A DNA stretch of 64,000 bases from Vicugna vicugna (Eukaryota), in the NCBI GenBank assembly GCA_013265495.1, contig MU061579.1, positions 2,601,319 to 2,665,318 on the forward strand, read 5' to 3'. The notes below the pieces were generated by a model. The model saw nothing but the letters and a program-made list of their open reading frames with translations, was not told where the DNA came from and made no database searches. The position numbers were made by a program, and so were the translations under genes. Shown piece by piece: positions 1 to 12,172 of this stretch (the stretch's first letter is position 1; each line of letters begins with the position of its first letter).

Positions 1-2204
1 AGTCAAAGCTCTATCAGACTGAAAGAATCTGGGTGGTGTACTATGTCATCAGCCTATGCTCATTCCTCTTTTGCTGTAGGGTAGGTTTCTTGGTTTCACA
101 TGGTAGTATTTGAGATCCATGGTACTGGATCAAATACTCCATAAATTATACAATAATGGTACTTGCTCCAGTCCTGCAGATAAGAAAGGCACTTACAGAA
201 TATGTTTCTATTTATGCCAAAAGAAATTGCTGGCCTTCTACAGTTAAGGAAATCTAATGTAGCTAACTTGTCACAAAGTGTCTGATTAATCTCATTAAAG
301 GATGGAGATATATTAGAGATAGCATTGTTCTCTGTGGTGGCAGTAGTTAGGTCAGCATTATATGAGTTCATAGACTCTCCCTGCCAATACAGCAACCAAT
401 GAACATGTTGTGTCTGTACTGGGAAGTCTGATGAAAGATGAAAACAGTGAAGTCATTCTATATAGCATGTTGTTGCTTTCTGAGGGGCATGAAAATGACA
501 CACATAGACTTTCACACTTTTTATTCTCTTTCCTGAGTCCATTCATGTCTTTATTCCAAACTTCCATGTCTGCAATCTTCTACCTTTTGTCATCACATAC
601 CCTTGATGAGCTGTCAAGCCATTCAAGTCTTCATATTTTCTAAACTTAGGCTACTTGTCTTTTCAAAAAAAATGGATAACCATGTTGAGTACCTGAAGCT
701 CTGCACCACTGCTAGGATTTTTCTCTCATCAGTGCCTTTCGAGGTCATGCCTAGGTGTTTGCAGATTAGTTGTCATTGGTTTTTAGCATGTGTCCATGTG
801 TCTCCAATACAGACTGATGAATTTGTGAAGCAAACTGCAGCTTTTTCTTTCTCATCATCACTAGGGATCCCTAACATGAACATACTCATGAGCTGAGGTG
901 AAGGCACTCCAGCAACTGTTGCAGCATTCTGTGGCCCCTGAATTGCTTTTGTTTATTCTCAGTAGTGTCTCTTCCTCTTCTCAATGGGCTGCATCATGTC
1001 CTTACACTAATACCCCTATTACACAAACTCTGCCTGGTTGTATGTCCCAAGGTGCACAGTGGTTTGATCACATGCTGGATCTGTGGAAGGTCCTTGCTCT
1101 GATTGCTATCCAAAACTGGCAGCCTTTTTAAATCACTCATTTATATGAGACAGAGCAATATTTCAAGTTTTCCAGGGAAACACTGAAGAACAGAAGCTGA
1201 AGTGGTCTACCAGTCACCTTCCTCATGACGCTTCCTTCATTACACAGAGAGGTAATGTACCAATAATTTGTCCTTCATGTTGGAGAGGATGTCCTGGCAT
1301 GACTCAGATCACCAGACCCACAAAAATGTTATTAACATGGCAGTCTTTTGAATTTTTATCAGATTTAACTTCTTACCTCTATAGTACATTAATCTTCTCA
1401 AGCCCTGTAATGTCTTAGTCACTTGGAAGAACCACTTGTTAGTCATTTAATTTGATTTTCATGTCATGGATATAATGGAACAATATGATACTATGATGGA
1501 AGTTCAGATTGTCTGGATCTCTTTGGACATTGTTGTAACAAAAAGTAGGTAAGTTAACATAGACCTGGGACAAAACTGTAAACGTATATTGTTGTCCACT
1601 CTGTGTGAATATGAACTGTTTCTTAAAATGCTTTTCAGAGATAGGGAAGAATGTATTCAGCTATTCAGAGATGATATTCCTGTGCTGTAGACTGTATGAA
1701 TCTGCTCAATGTGAGCCCTGGTCTGCCTTGCTTGAGAATTCAGCCTTCCTGGGAGCTTTGTGTTCTTACAGTGAAGTCCTGGGAGTGGTCCTCAGCTCTG
1801 TTCTCCTACTGCAGAGAATTTTTGAATGCTCCTAGGAGGCCCTCTGGATTTCAGTTCTAGCTTTCCACTGTGGTGCTGTCAGCTTTTCCTTAGCTTTTCT
1901 TCAAAGCATCAAGCAAACTCAACCATAGCCTCCCAATACTATGATCTGTATAGTCACATTTTCTGCCATTCTCCATCAAATATCTAATACCTGGCAATCA
2001 CTAATACGCTGCCTTGCAAAAATATACCATCTCAGTTCAGCACTGATGAAAGCTTCAACAACTGAATCATCAACCGGTAGCAAAGTTTCTCTGTGCATTA
2101 TCTGCCACCAATGACGGGACCCTCATTAACAGTGAGGTGGCAGATGGTGCAACTTTTATATCCTATCCCAACATCTGCTTTCTTGGGCCAATTCCAGTAC
2201 CAAT
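1..2204 (-). mobile_element. Degenerate ERVL internal region (ERV3-16A3/ERVL-E-like), running off the left edge of the window
   Basis: Minus-strand translation of 1-400 gives ERVL integrase remnants (ADLTTATTE ~ ADLATATAE; NQETYPTAKE ~ DQGTHFTAKE; VHHPDSFSLIE ~ HHPEAAGLIE). The element starts ATTGGTACTGGAATTGGCCC directly after the LTR, as in this family. Confidence 0.8.
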
Positions 2205-2560
2205 TGTTATAGGCTGTGTTCCCCAGGAATCAGATGCTGAGATGGTGGTTAGCAGGCAGGAGGTATATTAGCAAGTGCTCTTGAGAAAGTCAAAACAAAA
2301 CAAAACAGAAACACCTGTAGAAGGGAAGGAGCATAAGTAGGAATGGGAAGAAGAAGATACGAAGATATTATGGCGTCTCCAGGGAAGTCCACGTGACTCT
2401 TCAGACAGGCCTGAAGATTCAGTAACCAGACAGAACCACCTCAGCTGAGGCAAGAGACTCGTGCTTCCTCAATCTTTGGATGCAGTGCCCTCAACAGCTG
2501 GGCTGCTAAGTGTGTTATTCCCAAAAAGGATTTCCACGTGGTGTGTCATAACATCTACCA
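2205..2560 (-). mobile_element. LTR16-family ERVL LTR (5' LTR of the adjacent internal region)
   Basis: gttccccaggaatcagatgctgagatgg...gtgctcttgaga...acacctgtagaaggg matches the reverse complement of the LTR16-type 3' end and abuts the internal region. Confidence 0.7.
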
Positions 2561-2589
2561 CATCAACTTGTTTTCTTGCTAGCTGAATT

Positions 2590-3130
2590 AGTTAAAGAGT
2601 GCTAACTGTCATTACAAAGAGTGTAAAACTTCTGGCTTAACAAAATAACACTTATTTCTTGACCCTGGTACAGTCCATTGTTGAGCAGAAGTGGGAATGC
2701 AATTGTTCCATACTCAGTCACCTATGGAACCACACTTGCTCCTTCTTGTGGTTCTGCCTTCCTTTAGTCAGCATCATCCAGCAGAACTTTCTGCAATACT
2801 GCAGTTGTTCTATATTTGCACTGATCAATATGGTAGCCAAAAGGGTCTTATAGCTATCAAGCCCTTAAAATATGGCCAGTGTGATGGAGAAACTGAATTT
2901 TAAATTTTATTTAATTTTAATTTAAATATAAGTAGTACTTCTTTTCCTCCAGGTATCAAGGGAAAAATGGTAAACCACATATGAGATGACTTTATGGACC
3001 AGGACTGAAAGTGATATATATGTTAATTTTATTCACATGCCATTGGCCAGAGCACAGTCACATGACTACATCTAACTGCAAGGGAAGCTCAAAAGTGTAT
3101 CCAACTGTGTGTGTACACTGAAAGCACAGA
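2590..3130 (-). mobile_element. Old MLT1 (MLT1J/K-like) MaLR LTR, interrupted by a MER3/MER33 fragment
   Basis: ctggcttaacaaaataacacttatttctt and cattggccagagcacagtcacatgactacatctaactgcaagggaagct are hallmark motifs of old MLT1. Confidence 0.6.
2800..2937. mobile_element. MER3/MER33-type hAT-Charlie MITE fragment
   Basis: gttctatatttgcactgatcaatatggtagcc...gaaactgaattttaaattttatttaattttaatt. Confidence 0.65.
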
Positions 3131-3182
3131 ATATACAATATCTGTGTTCATGGAGTAGAAGACTTAATGTTGTTAAGATGTC

Positions 3183-3630
3183 TGTACTAGGGTTCTCCAG
3201 AGAAACAGAACAATGATGTGTGTGTGTATGAATATATATATGGAGAGAGAGAGAGGGAAAAGAGTCATAAGGAATGTGATCACGGAGGCCGATAAATCCC
3301 AAGATCGGCAGTCAGCAAGCTAGAGATCCAGGAAAGCAAACTGTGTAACTTCAGTTTAAATCCAAAGGTAGGAAAAACCTGATGTCCCAGCTCAAAGGCA
3401 GTCAGGCAGGAAGAACACTCTCTTACTCAGCCCTTTTGTCCTATTCAGGCCTTCAACTGAGTGGATGAGGCCACTAACATTAGTGAGGACCATCTGCTTT
3501 ATTCAGCCTACTGATTCGAATGTTAATCTCATCAAGAAACACCATGAGGGAAACAACAAGAACAATATCTGACCAAATCTATGGGCATCCTGTTACCTGG
3601 TTAAGTTGATGAATAAAATTAAACATCACA
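3183..3630 (-). mobile_element. MLT2 (ERVL) solo LTR
   Basis: gggttctccagagaaacagaac start; aagttgatgaataaaattaaacatcaca end; near 5-bp TSD atgtc/atatc. Confidence 0.85.
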
Positions 3631-3639
3631 ATATCAATG

Positions 3640-5150
3640 TAATTCAAAATCACCTTACACATTCAATGCAATCTCTATCAAAATCTCAATATTTTTTATA
3701 GAAATAAAAAAATCTTAAAATTCATATAGAATCTCAAGGGGCCTCAAATAGCCAAATCAGTCTTGAAAAAGAGCAAAGTTGGGATCCCACACATGTTTAT
3801 TTCAAAACAAACTGCAAAGCTACAGGGATTAAAATATCATAATACCAGCATTAAGACAGATGTAAAGACCAATGGGATTAAACAGCTCAGAAATGAAGCC
3901 TTGCAAATATGATCAAATAATTTTCAACAAGAACACTAAAAACGTTTAATAGGAAAGGGTAATCTTTTCAAAAAATGCTGTTGGGGAACTATTCACATGC
4001 AAAAGAATGAAGTCCGACACTTATTTTTACTGTAGACAAAATTAACTCGAAGTGGAGAGCAAAACTAAATGTAAGAGCTAAAACTATACCTTAGAAGGAA
4101 ACACAGGGGAAGAGCTTCATGACATCAGATTTGGAATGGTTTCTTGGCATGATTTCTTGGATATGACACCAAAAGCATTAGCAAGCAAACAAACAAAAAA
4201 GTAAATTTTACTTCACCAAAATTAAAAACCATTGTGCATCAAAGGACATTATCAACAGTGTAAGGGCATTCCACAGAATAGAAGAAAATATTTTAACATC
4301 ATATACCTGATACAGGATTTATATCTGGAATATACAAATAGCTCCTACAACTTGACAACAGAAAACCCCCCAAACAACCTTATTAAAAAATGATCAAAGA
4401 ACTTGAGTTCTTCTTCTCCAAAGAAATTTACAAATGCCCAAAAGGCACATGAAAAGCTGCTCAAAATCACTAATCATTAGGGAATGCAAATGAAAACCAC
4501 AATGAGAAAACTCATCACACCTGTTAGGATGGCCACTTTCAAAAAACCCATAAAACATCAAGTGTTGGCAAGGTTGTGGGGAAATTGGGACACTTTTGCA
4601 TTGCTGGTGGGGAAGTAAAATCATACAACTTCTGTGAACAACAGTACCGCCACTTCTCAAATAACTAAACATGAAATTATCATATGATTCAACAGTCCCG
4701 CTTCCGGGTATGTACACCCGCATTCATAAGAGCATAATTCACAATAGCCAAAAGGTGGAAACAGCTTAAATTTCTGCAGACTGATGAATGAATAAGTGAA
4801 ATCTGGTATATATATACAACAGAATATTACTCAGTCTCAAAAATGAATGAAATTCCAACGCACGCTACAACACGGGATGAATCTGGAAGACGCTATGCCA
4901 GGTAAAATAAACCAGTCACAAAAGGACAACTATTGCATGCCTCCACTTAACGAGGTACCTAGAACAGTCGTTCATAGACACAGAGCACAGTAGGGCTGCC
5001 AAGGGCTAAGGGATGGGAGGAATGGGACATAGTATTTAATGGCATGATGAAAATGTTTTAGAGGTTGATAGTGACGGTGATTGCACAACAGTGTGAGTGT
5101 ACCTAATGCCACTGAGAGGCACACTTAAAAATGAGTACAATTATTTTTCC
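3640..5150 (+). mobile_element. L1 (L1MB-like) 3' fragment: end of ORF2 and 3' UTR, decayed
   Basis: attcaatgcaatctctatcaaaatc, ccatt gtgcatcaaaggac, gaaaagctgctcaaaatcactaatcattagggaatgcaaat, then an L1MB-type 3' UTR ending cacttaaaaatg. Confidence 0.9.
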
Positions 5151-5229
5151 ATAATAAAGAAATCCCTCAACAATATGCACCTCTCTGATTTTATCCAGTA
5201 CAACTCCAACCGTCTACCATATTTCATGT

Positions 5230-5525
5230 TCTTTCTTCAACATGCAAGACAATTTTCCATCTCAGAACATAGGAAATTAACTGTTCCCTCTGCTTAGAGT
5301 CTTCCCCCTAATATCCTTCTTCCACTTACCTACATTTATTTCTCCATAGTGTTGAATGTCATCTGACAAAGGATGTATTTGTTAATTTACCTACTTCTGT
5401 CTTTGTCCACTCGCACGTGCCCTCTGTGAGAGCTTACCTGGTTTGTTTACTGATAAATATTTTAGTTCCTATAAGAGCGCTTCGTACAAAGTAAGTACTC
5501 AATAGTATTAGTTGAATGGATAATT
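5230..5525 (+). mobile_element. L2 LINE 3' end
   Basis: gttccctctgcttagagtcttcccc...aagtaagtactcaatagtattagttgaatggat resembles the L2 terminus. Confidence 0.6.
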
Positions 5526-5884
5526 GAAAATTAAGGAATAAAACCTTTACTATGTGTGATTTCCATTCCTACCATGTGTTTCAACATATTATTAAGGATA
5601 TTTTTCTTCCTTGCTTAATGAGGGTTGACTAAACTTCCTTTCATAGAGTAAGCAGCGTTACTATTCACATTATAATGATAAAAATGGTTTGCCCCTCTGT
5701 CATTTTTTTTTTATTTCTCTTTGCAATGTTGTATTAGTTTTTTTCCAGTTAAAGAAATTATGGTTGATTTGGAAATGTTAATTTCTTCGAGCAGGTTGTA
5801 TCATTGTTTCTCTGAATAAAAAATAACCAATATGCTGGACACATATATACACAAAAGGTACAGAGAGAACATAGATAATGTATA

Positions 5885-5988
5885 ATGGTTTTTTCATACA
5901 ATTTTTTATTCTGGGGCGGCAAGAGAATCTTTGCCAAGAAATCATTGTTTGGAATCTGTTTGGATCATTATATTTGAGTGACTACTAC
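5885..5988 (-). other. Candidate terminal exon of an unidentified spliced minus-strand transcript
   Basis: Minus strand: acceptor ctattgttttgtgcatttgcag|G at 5989/5988; AATAAA at 5910-5905; U/GU-rich element (tgttctctctgtaccttttgtgt) downstream; unique sequence. Confidence 0.3.
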
Positions 5989-6729
5989 CTGCAAATGCAC
6001 AAAACAATAGGTCTGCCAAATATAATTATGAGAAGAGAGAAGTTTTTTGTTTTGCTTTTTTTACTGGCATTACTCCATGACATAATTCAGTAGCATGACA
6101 AATTAGTAGACAGAATAAGTGCTCCGTCAAGCCTTAACATTCTGTCCAAGTAACACACGAACATATCTGTCCCGATCGAAGCTGAGGAATACCTCTCATG
6201 GGTCTTTGCTTTGTTTTTTAGATTGTCTATCAGTCAGAAACCACTGTGCTTGGATGTGAGGTAGGCAGCACCACTTTGTGTTTACATTGTTTACTCCTGG
6301 CAACATGAAATGATTGATTTGTGAATGTCTTATTTTTTTTTCATCTCTTATTAAATATGCTGTAGTTATTGAATAAAATAAAAATGAATGCTGAAATTGA
6401 AAATGAGCAAGTCCTAGAAAACTGACAAAAGTATCCCCTCTTACCAAGCAACTCATATATTGAGACAAATATAGGGGAAAAAAAATAACTTGGGTGACCT
6501 CATTATCTCATCGTCTGGTAGTGTCAATGAATATTCTTAATTAAGAAAATATGGGGGAAATGTGAGTTTAAAGACAGAGCAGTGCACTGAAAATGGGCTC
6601 AACACTGAAACCATCTACAATATGGTATCAGACTGATATAATATATCAGTTTCTCTTTCCTTCTTTTGCCTGATTTTGGTCTAATTACTGAAATGCAATG
6701 GCCTTTTTTTATGATTATGCATCCAGAAC

Positions 6730-6900
6730 CATTCACTCCCACAAAGTATTCGCTGAAAGCATAGTAAATACTAGCTTTTGTGCCAGGAACCACACATTTA
6801 AAGATAAATGGGAGTCTGACCCCTAACTCTGACCACTCAGATATCAGGTTGGAGAGAATGACATACAAACAGAAAATAACACCAGAGCCATAAGAACCAA
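6730..6900 (-). mobile_element. L2 fragment
   Basis: cattcactcccacaaagtatt...tgtgccaggaacc...ctgacccctaactc. Confidence 0.45.
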
Positions 6901-7249
6901 GTGATTCATGATATTGTGATTTATTATATCCCTTGCATCACAAATGATTCCACTAATATGAAACTTCAGAGGGTACTTGATTGATTTTTGTATTGCAATA
7001 AATGCATTTATTTCTTATGCATCTATAAGTAAAAACTGTGTGGGTCAGAAAACTTTTCTTTGCCATTGTGTGTCAGTTGATTGAATAGCTGTTCAATTAG
7101 TGATTTGGTTCCCAAAGAGTTACAAGTGTGTCTTTCTTGTATGTAGTGTAGAAAAGGAACTACTACATATGGAGTGAAGAAAGTTTTCTTTGGTATTATT
7201 TGAAAAAATGTAAAGCAAGATACTGTTATGAAATAAAATTAGATGTTTT

Positions 7250-8273
7250 TATTATTTATTTTTTAATTGAAGAAGAGTTGATTTACAGCATTATATTAAT
7301 TTCAGGTGTATAGTGTAGTGATTCTGTATTTTTACAGACGATACCCCATTAAAGATTATTATGAAATAATGGCTGCCATTTCTTGTGCTGGACAACATAG
7401 TCTTGTTGCTTATCTATTTTAAACATGGTAGTTTGTATCTCTTAATCCCATGCCCCTTTCCTGTCGCCCCTGCTTCCCTCTCCCCACTGATAACCACTAG
7501 TGTGTTTTCTGTATCCCTGAGTCTGATTCTGTTAGGCTATATACACGTGATCATTTTATTTTTTAGGTTCACATGTAAGTGACATGGTACAGTATTTGTC
7601 TTTCTCGGTCTGACTTGTTTCACTACGCATAATAATCTCTAGATCCTGGGTTAAAGTTATTCCTGGGTACTTTAATCTTTTTGATGTAATTTTAAACAGG
7701 AATATATTTTTCACTTTCTCTTTCTGATAGTTCATTATTTGTTTACAGAAAAGCAACATGTTTTATATTGATCTTGTATCCTGCAACTTTATTGAATTTG
7801 CTTATTAGTTCTAACAGTTTTGGGGTAGAGACTTCAGGGTTTTTCACTTTAAAGTATCATATCATCTGCAAATAGGCACGCTGGCAGCTATCACTCTGGT
7901 AGGGGGTGGGGTGGAGATGGCGGAGCTTGAGCGGGTACTGGATGTGAGGTAGAACTTCCCACCTGCTCAGTGGTCATCACCACACTATCAGAGGGGATCT
8001 GATTCCATGTTACTGGAGCTGAAGCTCTGAGGATCAGGCCTGAGCTGGCTCTGTTTTCTCCTCTTCTAGCATCAAGACCCTTGGCCCAGAATGGGAGAGT
8101 GCTGAAGCAAGGTGGGACCTGTGGTGGATCTGGGTTCATGTCAGTTGCAAACAGCGGTCTGAACTATCTCCAGTGTGTTGCCTGTACAGGCGTCATTGTT
8201 TCCCTTGCTCTGCTCAGGAGCATCCTCGGGTCCCCTTTGTTCCTTACAGATGATCACTGCCCACAGCCTCCCC
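7250..8273 (-). mobile_element. Internally deleted L1: putative 5' UTR (7875-8273), RT-core piece (7640-7875) and ORF2 end/3' UTR (7250-7640)
   Basis: Minus strand encodes LFADDMI, AGYKINI and KYPGITLT, then jumps to LEIIMRSETSQTEKDKY (end of ORF2). The GC-rich right segment resembles an L1 5' UTR. Degenerate TSD at 7234-7249/8274-8289 (12/16). Confidence 0.75.
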
Positions 8274-8339
8274 TATAATTAGTAATTTTAGAAGTGAGTA
8301 TTTATTATGTATTGTAATATGTTGTATTGGAAAAAAAAA

Positions 8340-8660
8340 AGCCTGTGGTTTCAAGTTTTGTAATCCCGCTGCACATATTTTGTAATGCAACTTAGTTAAA
8401 TTGGGCTTCCATCTCCTTTTTCCAAGTAAGAATAGTGATACCTTTATAAGTTTTCTAGACTTTTCAAATGAGATAATAAATTTGAAACTCTTTGGAAATT
8501 GGCAAAGGTAAAATACTACCCTTGAATTCAGGGGAACTTCATTTGTGTCATGGCTGGCTCATCCTGGGTAAGTCACTTAATCTCTGAGGAACTATAAAAT
8601 GAAGAATTTTGTCGATGATTACTAAGGTCACTTTAAAAAATTATCAGCCTATGAATCTAA
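8340..8660 (+). mobile_element. Two MIR SINE fragments
   Basis: MIR core-like gggcttccatctccttttt...aatagtgatacc and cctgggtaagtcacttaatctctgag...tataaaatgaag. Confidence 0.5.
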
Positions 8661-9008
8661 GATAAAATCACTATTAAATACAAGTAACTATGATAATCCA
8701 GAGCATCTGTATTGCCAGCAACTGTTTTCTTTTAAAAGTATTTTATAGTGTGATATTCTCAGGCAAAGCATAGTGAATTGGTCTGTTTGTGGTTGTTAAG
8801 TGACAATTTCCATTTTTTCTTTATACAATGCCTTAGAAAATCTAGTCTTTGATAACTCAAACCACCACATCTCCAGTTTCAAAAAAATATATTAGTGATT
8901 CTTCCAAACAGTGACAAACTGACTTTTCCCTCCCATATAATATTAATTTTTGAGTTTTAAAAATATATAGGCTATGCAAAGAACAAAACAGGATTAAGTT
9001 TGGTGTTT

Positions 9009-9330
9009 TTTCTTGAAAGTCATCTCCAGAAGGCGGTGCTTCCAGGAACGGCAGCACACTGTCAGCTCATTTGTGTTGCCAGTGCCACCACCTCGTTCCC
9101 AGAAGAGCATCTGTGAATTTTTGGAGCGAATGCTACACTTCTGGGAATGGTGCCCAGAACATGTAAGCTTCCGTGTCATTTTAGAAAGTCAGAGAGGGGA
9201 CAATGAAATCTTCATTTGCTGCAGTCTTTTACGCGCAGTCATCAGTCCTGGGGCTAACAGCTGCAATATTCATATATCCTTATTTGTGGATTTTTTAAGA
9301 AAGACTTTTCCTGCATTGTGAGTGCGGTAT
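9009..9330. promoter_or_regulatory. Candidate STAT-responsive enhancer/promoter (GAS motif cluster)
   Basis: TTCCAGGAA 9040-9048, TTCCCAGAA 9096-9104 and TTCTGGGAA 9139-9147, plus near-matches at 9009-9017 and 9151-9159; about 8 CpG in 300 bp of non-repeat DNA. Confidence 0.45.
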
Positions 9331-10180
9331 TTTCTGTGGTTTCTCCTCCTCCAAACCCACCCCTATCCCATCCTCTTTTCACTGTCAAAAAAATAATTAA
9401 ATAAAACAAGCATTAACAATAACCAAAGGCACTATTGTCATACATAAGTGATATGTATAAATCAAGGGTGTTTATTACATTCCCTCAGCTCAAAGGATCA
9501 TCTAAAAATATTTGAAGAATTTTAACAGGTAACATATATATTTTATGGAAACTTAAGCTGCACTGATGTGTAATCATTATTCTGATATTTGCATACTTGT
9601 TTTAATGCACATTAGAAAAATATAACCAACACACCAAGCTTAGGATTTGAGAAATGTTTTGCTGCTTTAGGAATTAGCTAAAGTAAATAGTGACACAGTA
9701 AGGGACTGTGCTTAGCGATGACCAGGTGAGTTACAGAGGCGGTGCTCAGTAAATCCTGCAAGGGTTCAGCCTTTAAAGCAGAATGTTTTACCATTATGAT
9801 TTGAAATATGAATGGTAGGAGGCTATAGGTTGGAGGCAGGGGTTTTCATATAAAGATTGACATGTATGTTATCTCAGTTTTTCTCATCAAGATACTGGAA
9901 CTCCATTTTAAGAAGTTAATAATAAGCCTTCCAATTATACATAAATGATATGAGTATGAGTTGGACTTGGTTCTGTGGTCTATTTTTGTTTCCCTGCATA
10001 TTTATGTGTGTTGATTTCATCTGTATTAAACCATTTTGGATCAGTGGTTTAAAGAAGAGAATGTTAATACATAGAAATGAAAGTTATTTAAATATAATGT
10101 GAGCATTCAAAATGTTAATATGATTAAACTGCTCAAACCATATGAGGCACACAGTATAGATATTAAATTACAGCAATTAC

Positions 10181-10723
10181 TGTTAGGTATTTAGATAAGT
10201 GGGGACACCAGGCAGGTAGGTGGAGAGAGGGAGGATGGCCCGGAAGATGGTGTTATGCCCGCCTCCAGCATAAAGGGACTTTACTTCTTCTAAATGAGTG
10301 CCAGCAAAAAGCCGGTTAAATCCCGAAAGCCACCACTGCCTGGAAACAGAAAAGACTTAACCTAACATGACCTAGCGCTCATTGTATTATAATTAACACT
10401 GCAGTTTAGCCCCATTTCATGGGTTTTTCTGTGTACACTGTGGGTAAGGACATGCGCAAAGGGGCCATACGTGACTAGGCACTCCAGGGACAAGAGCTGT
10501 CAGTCAATCAAGAGACCGCCTCTAAGCCAGGGTATAAGAGGGGAGACAGAAACCATCGCTTTTCCTCCCTTGGATCAGCCTGCCTCCTGTTCTTGGGGGT
10601 GTACTTTTCCATTTTTTTAAATACATCTTTTAAAATCTTTTGCTACACAATGCACTGTCTCCCGACTATAACTGTGTCTTTTGAGTACAGCAAGAATCAG
10701 GGTCTTTACCTTTTGGGGTAACA
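10181..10723 (+). mobile_element. Solo ERV1-class LTR (543 bp)
   Basis: Inverted termini TGTTA...TAACA; 4-bp TSD ttac/tcac; CAAT-like gtcaatc at ~10503; TATA (ggtataagag) at ~10531; degenerate poly(A) signal at ~10620. Confidence 0.8.
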
Positions 10724-12172
10724 TCACTACTATACCTCTGGTGCTACTATTCTATTGTTAAGTTTGTGATGAAATCTGCATATGTCTTGAGAGACACATT
10801 AAATAATAATCTTAATTTTCTGTTAAGTGTTATAGAAGTAACAACTGCAATGTAAATCTAGAAAATGTTATAAAAGGCATTTAAAATTTAAATTTTCATG
10901 AAACTGTAAACAAGAACCAACTAATTCCTTTAAGTTTGGAGATGCTCCCAAATTCTATGACGTTATTTGACCTTAAGCAACATTGTGAAACTTTCAAAGA
11001 CTAAAACAAAGTGAAAAAAGCATTCAAGCATTTTAGAAACTTGTTAACACTCTGATTGGATAAAAATGCTAATATTTTAGAATATTCATGTATCATGTTT
11101 TATTTACTCACAAAGCTTAAAGATGCTGGCATAATTTGTAAATAAACTGATCACATCCACTGTCAAAATGGCTTAAATAAGCAGGGACAAGCGAAATAAC
11201 TGGTAAGATGCTTCTGTCAAATAATACAGTTCATTGGAAAACTGCAGGTACAGCTACACACTTAAGGCAGCAAATATCACAACTGTGATAAAATCTACTT
11301 TATTTACTCTAAGTGGACAGATCCTCTGGCAATGTGGTTTTAGTTAGTATCCAGTGTGTTATATTTGAGCTAAATACCGAGCCCATGCAGACCCTTAGTT
11401 CTGCCAGTCTTGGCCAACCAGCACAGCTGGAATAGAGATTTTAAAAGCCGTTAATAACTTCACAACATAGTCTAGAAGTGATTTATCTGCATCAGCACAA
11501 AGAGTCATAATTGGTGCAAAATAAGAACTTGTTCCACATAGTCAAACAACATCACTGGGGGTTAAGCCCCACATCTCCCACCCCAGGACACCCCAGACTT
11601 GCAGAAGACTTAAGTGGCGTACGTAAAGCTGCGAAAACAGATCGAACATTGACAACAGAAGCCACTGAACACTCGACATGTTTTCTAATGTTTGTCTAGA
11701 ATTTAGTATCTACAACAAATAAAGATGGTTTTTTACTAAAATCTTTTGTATTTTTTGTGTTGAAAGTTATCCCTTTTCTATCGAGGCAAAAGAACAACTT
11801 TAGTATATTTTACTTTGAGGTTGAAATCTTTAATATGTGACTTTGTATGCAGTAAAAGGGATAGCCTTTGCATATTAGAGTATTTTCCAGATCTATCAGC
11901 CCAATGGGGCAGCCTTAACTTAGTTTTACAAAATTTATTTATATCGGTATTCCACATATGAGACAGACTGAACTCATTAGTAGCAAAATCAAAGCATTAG
12001 CTATCAAGTCTTGATCATGGTATGTTTGATTGTTTCATGTGTTAGAATGTCTTAGTTATAAATTCATTTGAAGTATTGTTGAAAAGTGTCTTAACCATTA
12101 TAAAGATGCTGTGAATGGATAACAGAAGTAAAAGTACTTCATCTATAATCGCCCATACTGAACACCACTTAC

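Noticed and set aside
96..1131. Cluster of short ORFs at the left edge
   Set aside because: They lie inside the decayed ERVL internal region and are fragments or off-frame readings.
4394..4723. 109-aa minus-strand ORF
   Set aside because: Antisense reading of L1 ORF2.
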